Origin: Lama glama
Lineage: Eukaryota
Assembly: GCA_028534125.1 (NCBI GenBank)
Contig: CM052816.1
Location: 31,374,001-31,438,000 of the forward strand
Direction: 5' to 3'
Length of the DNA: 64,000 nt
The first letter of the stretch is position 1, and each line of letters begins with the position of its first letter. Positions 39,709 to 51,394 of the stretch are shown piece by piece. Below the pieces are notes generated by a model. That model did no database searches, was not told where the DNA came from, and saw only the letters and a program-made list of their open reading frames with translations. The position numbers were made by a program, and so were the translations under genes.

Positions 39709-39956
39709 ATGTTGAAATACTTGAATGCATCAGTCAACTCCTGCCTGCCGAGCTGCAGGCAGAGGGCAGCTGCAGGCCCCCTTACTGCCTCCGGTAAGAG
39801 GACAAAGCATCCTTTCCACCTCCCAGCAGACATCACCCTCCCAAACATGTTTGCCTTGTTCCTCCCCTCAAGCCCAAAAGGGAGAACAGGGACCGATATT
39901 ACCTCAATGAATTCATCCCTATAACCATAAAATCTGATTGTCATCTAGGTCTAAAT

Positions 39957-40143
39957 CAGAGGTTCTCAGCCCTGGCTCAAGATGCGAAATGTCTGTGGTG
40001 GCTTATTAACCTATCAGTGCCGGCACCATATCCCGGACTGGTTAAGTCTGAGTCTCAGGAGTGAGATCGAGGCGTGATTTTGGGGTTTCATGTTTAAGCT
40101 CTCTAGGTGATTGTAATGTCCAGTCAGGATTGCAACTCACTGG
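39957..40143. mobile_element. MER5-like MITE
   Basis: cagaggttctcagccctggc...aagctctctaggtgattgtaatgtccagtcagg. Confidence 0.6.
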
Positions 40144-41291
40144 TCAGAGAAGTTATTACAGTGGTGGCTTTTAAAATGCCAGCCCAGGTCTACTTTTCTC
40201 ACCACAGCAGCCTACACTTCTTGGATCAGAAGGATGTAATTTCGGGGGCTCACTTCCCCTCTGCAGTCAAAGCTAAGTCAGAACATAGAACCTCAGGAAG
40301 AGTGTGCTCAGGGGCAGGCCAGGTGGGAGAGTTCTAGAATGCACACAGGCACCCTTAGTGTTCTCCAGGCTGTGCACCTGGTGGAGTTTCTCCCCATCTG
40401 GTTGAAACTCTGCTGGCGGCTTCTAAGGTTGCTAAGAGGTCCAGCAAATGGTGAGCAGAGTCCTTGGGGAATGTGAAGCGTAGGGAAGATGAAAGGCCTT
40501 GGGGTGAAAGAGCCTTGCTGGGTCTAGCTCAGCCTCTACCTGAGAGCCCACAGTCCTATCACTGAGGACTTTGGAACCTCTCTGAGGTTCTGGGCAGCAT
40601 AGGGAGGCAAATGGGGCCTAGGGATTAATGTCTGTCTTCAGAGTAGAAAAGAGGTTGGGGATTTGGTGCCCCCTCACAGTGTACTGCTTGATAGGGTCCT
40701 CACACTTCCAGATACCCCCAGAGACAAAGTGAAGGAAAACTCGTTTAACAACCCCTGTACACAGCTTCTATCCAGCTTTCATTCACATCTGGTTGGCATG
40801 GCGAGCCGAGCTATGAAAAACTCCGCCTAATTATCTCCTAAATACCACAAGAATTTCTCGAATAACCCAAGCAAATTCCTCAGACTCTGCTAAAAATCAA
40901 GCTGAGGAATAACAGCTTTCTGGCCATTCATGCCTTCCCTCCACCGTTATTTATGAATTCCAGACATTTTCTTGATCTAAATCTAATCACTTGGTCTAGA
41001 GATTAGCCAAGTTAGTTTCTCCCACAGTCCAGCTGGGTCCCATTATCCACAGTTGTCACCATTCAAATTGTTCTTAGGCTGCTGATAAGGATCCATTCAA
41101 CAGTTTCCAAAAAGCCATATGCTCCTTGACCCGTGTTCACTGTGTCTACAGAATCCCAAGTGCAATTATTTAAACGATGCTGTTCCTCTACGTGCTGAGG
41201 TTGCTCATTTTGTCCTCTCATATATTTAACCTCTGTGCCTCATTTGAAGAAGGGAAGAAAATAATTTAATTATTTTCCCTCTTCCGTATAT

Positions 41292-41435
41292 CTTTTTAAT
41301 TGAAGTGTAGTCAGTTTACAATGTGTCAATTGCTGGTGTACAGCATAATGTTTCAGTCATACATGTACATACATATATTTGTTTTCATATTCTTTTTCAA
41401 TGTAGGTTACTACAAGGTACTGAATATAGTTCCCT
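41292..41435 (-). mobile_element. Short L1 3' terminal fragment
   Basis: ttaattgaagtgtagtcagtttacaatgtgtcaattgctggtgtacagcataatg. Confidence 0.8.
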
Positions 41436-41809
41436 CATCCATATTCTTTATTTGCAATTGCAGTAGAGATCCTCCAGAAAGATCTAAGAAGTCATTGTCA
41501 AGGGAAACAAAAGTTTGAAAAGGGAAAGCAACCAGCACCCAGCTGCTTGCTACCTTTGAGGCTGAGTGCATGCTGTGAGATTCCCAGAGTGCTGGTGCTG
41601 GCAGGGACCTTCACTGACTCGATTCTTAACTCCTTTCTCTTTCTTCTCTCCTCTGATTTTGACTCGAAATAATGATGCAGGTTGTTTTTCTCATGAAGCA
41701 GCTTCAAACCTATGTGAAAAATCAGTTAAGGCTATAGCAGATTCCTACTTTTTTTCCTTCTTTAAGTCAAAGATGCTCAGGTCTTAAGATAAAACTTCTT
41801 AAAAGGTCA

Positions 41810-42706
41810 GCTACTCGGGCAGTTAACCATATTCATGTGACCAAGTCCTGGTAAAAACTCTGGCCATCAAGGCTCTACCTTTGTTGCAGGAAAATGGGGG
41901 TGAGGGATTGGGGCAGTGAGCATGGTCACGTCCCAGGTCTCCAGTAAGTCCCTGGCACCCACCCCACTGAGTGAGGATCCTTGGCTTCATGCAAGAAAGA
42001 CTTTGAAAGTGAGCTGAAGTAGAGTGAAAGTAGACTTATTCAGGAAGATACACACTCCGTAGACGGAGTGTGGGTTCTCTCAGAAGGCAGAGTGCAGGGT
42101 TGTTAGTTTTTATGGGCTCGATAATCTCATGTGCTAATAAGTGTGAGGATTATTCCAGCTATTTGGGGTAAGGGGGTGGGATTTTCAGGAATTGGGCCAC
42201 TGCCCATTTTTGACCTTTTATGGTCAGCCTTGGAACTGTCATGGCACCTGTGGGTGTGCCATTTAGCATGCTAATGTATTATAGTGAGCGTATAATGAGG
42301 CTCAAGGTCAACTGGAGGTCGAATCTTCTGCCATCCTCAGTTGCTGTGTCATTCTTTTACTACCTGTGCCCTGCCCCTTCCCTCCTGTCTTACCTTGGTT
42401 GGTAGTACTCTGTGTGTATGTCACAGATTTGTTGCCAGAACAAATCAGCACTTTTCACAGCTCGCCTGGTTGAGGCAACTGGAAGCTTCAGATTGGGACT
42501 GTCCTGGACACCACCCCATGCAGATCTTCCCTGAGCTGATGCTAACCTGTCTCCTTTCACTGTAATATACCATAGCCATCAGTGCAACAGCCTTCAGTGA
42601 ATTCTGAGTCCTTCCTGGAAATTATGGAACCTAAGAATGGTCTTTGAGACCCTTGAACTTGCAGGTGTTGTCAGAAGTGATCTTGTGGACTTCCCTGACT
42701 TGGCAC
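41810..42706 (+). mobile_element. MER21-like LTR interrupted by a MER41-like LTR
   Basis: atgtgaccaagtcctggtaaaaactctgg...|...ggttggtagtactctgtg...gtgaattctgagtccttc...gaacttgcaggtgttgtcagaagtga. Confidence 0.6.
41882..42392 (-). mobile_element. MER41-like ERV1 solo LTR
   Basis: Diagnostic aactgtcatggcacctgtggg...ttagcatgctaatgtattatagtgagcgtataatgag; perfect 4-bp TSD CCTT (41878-41881, 42393-42396). Confidence 0.8.
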
Positions 42707-42939
42707 TTCTCATTATCAATCCTGAAACAGTCAGGTGGCCTTTCTGGGTTTCAGTCACCTCATCTGGGAAGTGGGGACATGATCATATCTGAGCTTCTGG
42801 CTCTCATATAAAAAATAATAAACTGAAACAACATATTTGGGAGTACTTTGTGAACCATAAAACTCTTCGTAAATATAAAGATTATTCATTGTGGCATGCT
42901 ATGTTTCAAGGAGTTCCAGGTGAGAGAGATAAGTTTTAG

Positions 42940-43150
42940 ATAGCAGAGCTGCAGAGGTTAATGGTCCAGGAATCGGAGTCAGCCGGATCTGACTCTGGTT
43001 CCCATGTCTACCAATTATTGAGGCTACTGAACCTCTAAGTTTCATATTCCTCATCTACAAAATAGAGGTTGTAATGTTTAGTTCATACAGTTGTGGTAAG
43101 AATTATATAAGACTCTCAGTACTCAACACATACAGTTATTATTGATACTA
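42940..43150 (+). mobile_element. MIR SINE
   Basis: ggaatcggagtcag...aacctctaagtttcatattcctcatctacaaaatagagg. Confidence 0.6.
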
Positions 43151-43397
43151 TTACCACTACTCTACTGACTGACTAGCTGTGGAGGTGGGCTTGAAGGATG
43201 GGGATACTTTGTCATATTTTTGCAGAAAACTCAACATGTCATTGCTCTTTGCTTTACATTATTACTCTAGTATTGGTACTAACCAATTATTATTTTAGAA
43301 TATTAAGTAGCTGCCTATATTAACAGAGTTAATATAGTTTCAAAACTCTAATTTACCACAAAAATATAAAAATTACATTTTTATATGTCACTTTGGT

Positions 43398-43836
43398 TTT
43401 TTTTTAGTATATATTTTTATTGAAGTATAGTCAGTTTATAACGTGTCAATTTCCGGTGTGCAGCATAATGCTTCAGACATACATGAACATACATGTATTT
43501 GTTTTCGTATTCTTTGTCACCATAAATTACTATAAGATATTGAATATAGTTCCCTGTACTATACAGTATAAACTTGTTGTTTATCTACTTTATGTATATA
43601 TTAGTATCTGCAAATCCTGAACTCCCAACTTATCCCTTCTCACCCCCTTCACCCCTGGTAACCATGAATTTGTTTTCTATGTCTGTGAGTCTGTTTCTGT
43701 TTTGTAAATAAGTTCACTTGTCTTTTTTTTTTTTAGATTCCACATATAAGTGATACAATATGATATTTTTCTTTCTCTTTCTGGCTTACTTCACTTAGAA
43801 TGACATTCTCCAGGTCCATCCATGTTGCTGCAAATG
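43398..43836 (-). mobile_element. 5'-truncated young L1 3' UTR
   Basis: tgaagtatagtcagtttataacg...ttctggcttacttcacttagaatgacattctccaggtccatccatgttgctgcaaatg. Confidence 0.88.
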
Positions 43837-44222
43837 ACTAAAATGGTAAATTTTTGATATTTGAATTATATCTCAGTAAAAGGAGGAGAGGAGGAGAACA
43901 AGGAGAAGGAGGAAGAAGGAAGGTGCAGGCATTTCATTTTAAGAAAGCAAGGGAAGAAAGAGTCTCAAGAAGGAGAGTGTTGTCATAGGTGTGAAGGTTT
44001 CTGAGAGTACAAGTTAGATCAGAAGGGCAAACGGTCTCTTGTATTCAAGAGTGGCAGCGAAACTTAAAATGCAATGGCTTGAGAAGTGACTGGGTGATGA
44101 CAAAATAGAAACACTTGGAGATATTTGGTCATGGAAGAAACAATAGTGATGGGGTAGTAACTGAACAGGAAAGGGAGCCAGGGAGTGTTTTCCTTTTTAG
44201 TGACAAGAAAGACGTAGGTAAG

Positions 44223-44634
44223 TGTTGAGAAACAATTCTCCACGAGTCTCTCACATTTCTCCATGTCTTGCAGAGGTACTAACTGCCTTTGTTCAGAACT
44301 GTCTCTTCAAGAATGTTTGTATAGTGAATAGTCTTGGAAGACTGAAATAATGTTTCCCTTGAAGCATAAAGGCAATTTCTTTTACTCTCCAGTAAACAAG
44401 ACAATGTCTCCCTTTGAGGCTAAGTTCAGGCAGACTTAATGCCCATTATAAAAGGCTCAGGTTCTTGACGTTTGGCGTTCTTCTCCTTTAATGTACCCTG
44501 TTACCTCGGCATGTATCACCTGACCCTCTTCACGTTGTCCTTTGGGTACTGGGGCTCAGGGAACCACAGTTCCCTGATGCTTATGATAATGCATATGCTG
44601 CTTGCTGTGCTGTGATAATAGTCATTTGTCTCTG
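44223..44634 (+). mobile_element. ERVL-type LTR (LTR40-like), 3' truncated by L1
   Basis: tgttgagaaacaattctccacgagtctctcacatttct...gcccattataaaagg...tttgtctctga. Confidence 0.65.
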
Positions 44635-45385
44635 AAAAAAATAATGGGTAGAACAACTCAGCAGAAGATCAGCAGAAAGTAGAAGACATGAACAACACTG
44701 AAGCCAACTATGCCTAATAGGTATCTATTGAACACTCCACCCAATGATATCAGAACACATATTCTTATCAAGTGCCCATGAAACATTCTTTAGTATAAAT
44801 CATATGCTAAGCCATTAAAGAAGCTTCAATAAATTTAAAAGTATTGAAATCATACGAAGTATGTTCTCCAATCACAGTGGAATGAAATTAGATCAATAAC
44901 AGAAAAAAATGGGGAAATGCACAAATACATGGAAATTAAACAGCATAGTCCTAAATAGCCAATAGGTCAAAGAAGACACGAGAAAAACTTCAGAACACCT
45001 TGAGATGAATGAAAATGAAGACACGATGTCCTAAAACCTGCGGGACACTGCTGAAGTAGTACTTAGAAATGAGTAGGTGTCAATGCTTGTATGAGAAAAC
45101 AAATCTCACATCAGTAGCCTAACCCTCCACTTGAAGACACTCAAGAGCAAACTAAACCTAAAACAAGGAGAAGGGAGCTAATAATAAAGATTAGAATGGA
45201 AATTAATGAAATAGAGAATAAACAGTAGAGAAAATCAACAAAACCAAATTTGGTTTTTTGAAAAGTGTAACAAAAAATGGTAAATCTTTAGCTGGACTGA
45301 TCAAAAAAAAACAGAGAAGACTCAAATTACTAAAATTAGGAAAAGAGGAGACACCACTGCTGACCCTAGAGATACACAGATAAAA
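44635..45385 (+). mobile_element. L1 ORF2 endonuclease-region fragment (degraded)
   Basis: acattcttatcaagtgcccatgaaacattc-like and atgttctccaatcacagtggaatgaaattaga (FSDH motif) sequences; multiple stops. Confidence 0.85.
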
Positions 45386-46869
45386 GGTTGCATCAGAATG
45401 AGGCTGCCAGCCTTCCAACGTGAAAGTGGGCACGGCTTTCCCACCCTCTAGCACCAGTCTCTCTGAAGCACAGTATGAAGCCTGCTTGCAAAGGCGTTAC
45501 TGAAAGCACCTAAGCTTAGTGGTGTTAAAATTGCTTGGACATCTGCCAACATAATCAGGACAAAAGGCACTGCAGCCTACCTACCCAAGCTGTTCCCATC
45601 TCCCACTGAAAAAAGGAACTTGGCGATACCAAAGAAACTTAAATTAAAATAAAAATCGTAACATTGCAGCAATTACATAAAAAAATTGCCATTACATAAA
45701 AACAAAATGATCCACAAAAGTAAAATATCATTAATTTATATTTATTATTTCAGGAACAATTGAAACTGTGACCCACTCACATCAGCGTTGTTGGTGTAGA
45801 TAACACAGTTCAGTCTGAGAATTATGGAAATTCTATTCTTTCTGTGTATAAGGTGCAATGAGAATTTTACAGCACAGTGGCAGCCAGGTGTCTTATATAA
45901 GTCTTCAGTAAACTCTGCTAACTGGCTAATTTTAGTATTCACTTAGTAAAATAACTCTATATAAATTGTGTATTAGTCTCCCATAATAAAAAAAAAAAAA
46001 GTAGGACTTGCACAAAGAGTAGCCCCAAATCCCATTAGTGTTTGGGAAATCTTATTTTCAGAATCACTGCTTTGCTTTGCAGCTGTACATGGATTGCCAT
46101 TTATCTACTTGGATATATAACGTATAACCCATTGTCATTAGGGCTTTCCACCTGTCCTTACAGAAGAAAAAAAAAAAGGTGAAGTTGACTTGAACCCCAA
46201 TCACATGGAAGTCTAAGCTCTTATGATTTCTCTAAGTTTCAGGGCTGAGATGCTGGTGAGCTCATTTTACAATCTCATGATCTCTTTCTTTTGACTCTCT
46301 CTTCCATTTGAGAGGTCTCTGTGTTTGCTTCACAGCAATGCAGTTGTGAAGTTCAGTCCCCTCTTTAAAACCCACTATCAACAACAAAATCGCCTCAGAA
46401 TGATGTTTTGGGAAGATGCATGGGAAGATGGAGGAAGAGAGAAGTGACAGCAACACAGACACTCTCAAAGGAACAGGTTTCCCATTTTTAAATGTCTGCC
46501 ACCTCCCTCTTTCTCCACTCCCTTCCTTTCCCTTCTGCCTGCCCACCTCCATCCCCAACCTTGGAGTTTCAGCAACACTCCTCACCTAGTCCGAGTCAGC
46601 CTCCATCTTGTTTGTTCATCTTGATTCTCCTATTCTGTCTGTTTTGGATTTTCTTCTCCCCCTCTGTTTAGAACAACAAACCAATTCAACCCAGCCTCTC
46701 AGAGAGAAGAACTTTAATACTTCTCCAGAGAGACAGCACCTGTGAATGAATACTCAGTTCTTTGGGGTGTCACCTTCGGCTTATTCCCAGTGTTGATATA
46801 GGAAGTTTTCTTTGAGAATCAACTGTGACTGACAGGTAGGATGCTATGAGAACATGGCAAGTGTTGCTA

Positions 46870-48050
46870 AGCTACCTGGTTAAATAGGGAGGCAGAAGCA
46901 TTTCTCAAGAAAGGCAGTAATTTTCCCAAAAGAAGATGGTGAGAGTGTGGAGCAAAGAAAGGGCTAAGTATTAAATATTTGCCAAGGAAGAATGAGTTCC
47001 TGGAGCAGGCAAGTTATGGGAAAGAGAGGGGTAATGAGACAGGATGAAAAACTAAAGTGGAAAGATTACCCCTTGTAGGAGGAAGGAGCCTCTTTTACTG
47101 AGATAGCGTGAAAGGAGATAAGAGGGTGCAGGTCAGATGCATTTGTGAGGGTCAAGGATGGTCAGTTGAGGTCATGCTTGTGTAATGACTTGGATTTTCT
47201 CAATGAAGTCAGGAACAAAGTCATCTGCTGAGGCCAGAGGTAGGAGAGGGCTCAGCATTATCCTTGGAGACCATTAGTTACCAGTATTTCTCATCTGTGA
47301 TGCTATATAATCTTGTTTACCATATGTACCCACCTATGAGTGGGAGCAGATGAGAAATATGATGGCATGGCTCTTGGGGCTGTGGTTTTGTGAGTCTGGT
47401 AAAACAGAAGGATGTGAAGTCAGCAAATACAGTGATGGATCAAAAAATGCCATCTAGGGGGAGATGGTAAATTGAAAGAAAATTAAATGGCTCAAAGGAC
47501 TGAACATGGATATGATTTGATATATTGGGAGCAAAAGAGTGAGCTGGATGAATAAGATACTGCTGACAGAGGCACTTTATTAATGTTTAGAGTATTACTG
47601 AAGATCAGCTTTGAATTAAGACAATATGGCCCACGGGATCTGTTGTAGGGGGCTGTAGATGAAAATCACTGGCATTGAGAAAGACGACAAACTCAGAAGC
47701 TGGGATATTTTTTTGGTGGTGGACAGTCAGATGTTTCAGGATGTGGTCAGCTAAAGATGGAAAGGAAGACTAAATCCCGTGCATAGATCTCACAGAACAG
47801 TGACCAGATTATGGCAATAACAGAGTTGTGGTGGAAGAGAAGAAAACACTTTAATATTTCATAGAAGTCATTTTAATCCTTAAAATGAAGTCTTAATTTA
47901 CATGGAATAAGTACCCAAAATGACTCATGTTGAGTAGGAATGAGAGGCGATCCTCGAGTAAGAATGGGTGAGAGAAAATGTGATGCTAGTGGCCTAGCAG
48001 CAGAGAGGAAAGGTGATCATTACTTCAGTGTTTGATGCTTCAGAAGGATC
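46870..48050 (-). mobile_element. Highly degraded L2-like sequence
   Basis: Purine-rich, with gattttctcaatgaagtcagg...tcatctgctgag phrases. Confidence 0.35.
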
Positions 48051-48099
48051 AAGACAGAACTCTAAACCCTGATATCCTATCGTGTGTTCAGATTTTGTG

Positions 48100-48231
48100 G
48101 GGGTTATTTTTAAAATAAATTTTCAGAAGCAATGTTTATTTCTTTCTTTCTTTAATGGTGGTGCTGGGGATCAAACCCAGGACCTCATGCATGCTAAGCA
48201 TGCACTCTACCACTCAGCTATACCCTGCCCC
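48100..48231 (-). mobile_element. tRNA-derived SINE (vic-1-like)
   Basis: Reverse strand ggggcagggtatagctgagtggtagagtgcatgcttagcatgcatgaggtcctgggtttgatcccc; TSD cag(a/g)ttttgtg at 48089-48099 and 48232-48242. Confidence 0.88.
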
Positions 48232-48238
48232 CAGGTTT

Positions 48239-48242
<4 letters not shown>

Positions 48243-48300
<58 letters not shown>
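48243..48300. repeat. (TA)n microsatellite
   Basis: About 29 uninterrupted TA units. Confidence 0.97.
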
Positions 48301-48304
<4 letters not shown>

Positions 48305-50524
48305 ATTTAAATAAAGGCTAAGAAGACTGTGGGTTGAGTGCCTGCTAGTACAAGTTGAGCTCTTGGAAAACCTCGCAGTGATGGATGTTGGAATTTACTG
48401 AAACAGTTAAAGCAAGGAATGTGGCTCTAAACCTGGTAAACAAATGCTTTCATTGAAAAGCAAGCAAGTGTGTGCGCGCGCACACACACGCACACACTAC
48501 CATACGCCTAATCCATACTCTAAAAGGCAGTGATTACTTTGCCTTACCATGCGAAAAGACAGATGGTTGAACAAACAAATAACTTAAAAGTGCTTCAAAA
48601 ATTTTCTTCCTAAATTAAAAATTCACAGTGGAATTAATGAGATAAGTTATAGAGGAGAGCATACTTGGACATGACGTGGAGAGCAATGTTAAAGCTCTGG
48701 AAACTTTTGCTCTGTTTCTCCAGAACACACTGTCCCTCAGGGGAAATGGAATTTTGCCTTGAATTTGACACTCTGACTTGATTTTGCGCATCAGCATCTG
48801 ACAAAGAACTGTTGACCCATCTGTAAGAGTTCCTCCAACCAACAAACAGGGTAAGTAAGTCTCTTAGGCTACCAGGTCACTGGCCAGTCCTAAGAAAGAA
48901 GAGAAGTATTGAATTTTCCTTTTCGGTTGCTACCCATTAGGTTTCTGGGACAAAAATCTAAGGAAGGAACAATTGCTGAAATTGTGTTATCTGGACATGT
49001 GATAAATCAAACGTTTCTCTTTGTGACCTCAGGCAGCAAAGATTAAATTGCCAACTATTTGCAAACCAAAGTTGTTAAAATTGTACAAATAATGAAAAGT
49101 TTATTTCAAATGCCAAAATATGACCTAAAAAGAAAGAAAGAGAATTTCCCTGATGGACTAGGATTCATGCATTTATTTATCCAAGATATGCATATGCTAG
49201 ACGCCGGAGATACTGGTGGGCGTTAGTAAAATAACAGCTTATTTTTAGCAAAAGTTACTTGCAAAATATTAAGTCTTAGATACTCTTGGTAGGAAGCAGA
49301 TATGTTTCTTGGTTTTCAGTTCTTTGGAGAGCTTTAGATGTAGTCTTACCTGAATTTTTTCTAATAATTAAATATTTGTAAATCTAACTGGTGTATCGCC
49401 TTTCAACACTGTCAGTGTTTAGAAATAAAACGAGCCAGGCAGCAAGTCAAAAGAAGTACTCCTGCTGCTTATTTGCTGAAAAGTGGTTCATTTTCAGCTT
49501 CTCTTAAAATGGGAATGCATCTTGCTTATTCCAGTCAGAAGGAAAAGCTGTACACAAACCCCACCAAAAACGCTGTGAGAAAACTTACTTGCTCAGGGTC
49601 TGCAGGATTGTTGTTTGAATAGCTGTACATTTCATTAGTAGGGACTCTAATTTGGAGGGAAGAATAATCCAGTTGTCTGCAGACTCCAAAGTTCTGTCTG
49701 ATTAACCACTGATTAGCATTAACTGAGAGGAAAGATCTGCTATCAAAATTCACTCTAGCAAAACTGGAATTGAAAACCATAACAATGAAAACTGCAAGTT
49801 TTCTTAGTGCCGTGCTGTGTTCTTTGAAAGCACCAGAGAATCCTTTCAGCCTTTCTGGTGTGGGAATGCAGGCTTTTCTCTGGAGGAGGGCACATTCATG
49901 AGAGAGGGCACACACAGTGAGTGTTAGCCAAGGGCCCAGCCTGGGAGCCGGTCCCAGGGTGAAATGGAGATGAGCTCAGCACTTATTCTGCTGGCTCTGT
50001 TGGTATTGTTGTGATTTTTATTTCCTTCACTCATGGGTTTTGTGGGGAAAACTCAGAAGGGTTTGGATTCCAATTATCTGAAGAATTGTGAGAGCTCGGC
50101 ACCGTTTCTGAGAGCCGTGATCTTTCTGAGCATTTTGATCGTGCCAATAATTTTCAGTCTCGCTTTGGCAGCCTATGCCCAGGAGGCCCCATGGAAGAGA
50201 GGAGGATGATTCTTCAGGGAAGCTCTGTTGTAGACCACTCAGTGAACGTGGGCCCTGTCAAACTATTTTGTTCACCTCTCATTTTTAAACTTAAACCGCT
50301 GGCTGAATCTTCTTAAAGTTCCAGTAAAAACTCATATAATTAGCAAAAATTTTATACATGGTGATGCATAACATAGAAACTGTCTTATAAGCACTAATTT
50401 GAAAAAGAAAAATAAGTGTAATGTTAAGGGGAAATGTATATAGAGATGCAGTGGGTTGCTGAAGGAGCAGTGATATTTTTTTAAAAAGCTGTTGAGACAG
50501 GTTTTTTTTGTGTTGGCCAACAAT

Positions 50525-51095
50525 TGCTATTAGGACATTGGGTCGCAAGTGCAACCAGAAATCTAGAGCAAATTAGTTTAGGCAAAAAAGCAATTGATTA
50601 TGGGTCCAGCCATAATCCATGGTCCACTGCTGGATCCAGGAGCTCCAACGATATTGTTAGCAGTCTCTCCTACACCTCCTCCCATTCTCCATCTCTGATC
50701 TGCTTTCCTCTATGTTGGCTTCATCCTCAAACAAAGCATTCTTCCCATTGTGTTGGAAAGGTGGCCATCACCAACTCCAGGCTTATTTCAGCCAGGCTAG
50801 TAACCTCAAGGAAAAAGGTTGCCTTCCTCCAAGTGGTTTCCAGAAAAGTCATGGAAATGACATTGATTGGCCTGACTGGGGAGGTGCCCATCCCGGCACA
50901 ACTGTAGGGTTGTGCTTCACTTCACCATACTTAGATCATGGGCCCAACACAGAACTGGAAGATTGGGTCAGCATCTCAGGAAACAAAACTGTGTGTAGTT
51001 AGAAAGTGTTTGGAGTGGTTCCCGGAATGCTAAACGGTATGCTGTTAGCAAAAAGAGGAGGGAAAGTACGTTGATCAGGTAAACACAACTGTTGG
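50525..51095 (-). mobile_element. Old MaLR LTR (MLT1K/L-like)
   Basis: ctggatccaggagctccaacgat...tctgctttcctctatgttggcttcatcctca...tgattggcctgactgggg. Confidence 0.55.
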
Positions 51096-51394
51096 CAAGA
51101 ATTAGAGACACGTTCAAGTTACCGCCAGTGGTAAGATTCTATTGCAAGAACTCATGTGAGTAAATAAAGGAGGGCAGAAAACCATCTCAGCAGTCTTCAT
51201 GGAGAAATGAAGCATAGTTCCCAATTCAGCTGCAGCTTGAGTCGTCTGGCTGCAACTGCAGAACAAAAAAGTCACTCTAGAAACTCACATCCTAGAGTCA
51301 CAGAGCAGATAGTAGGATGCATTTATGTGCTTCTGTCTTCTGCTCTGTAGCTGCGAACTCATTTCTGCTCTTCACTTTTCTCCCTCTAACGGCT

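Noticed and set aside
45730..45860. Exon-like segment (tttcag|GAACAA...AAG|gtgcaa)
   Set aside because: Stops in all three frames, weak donor and no other support.
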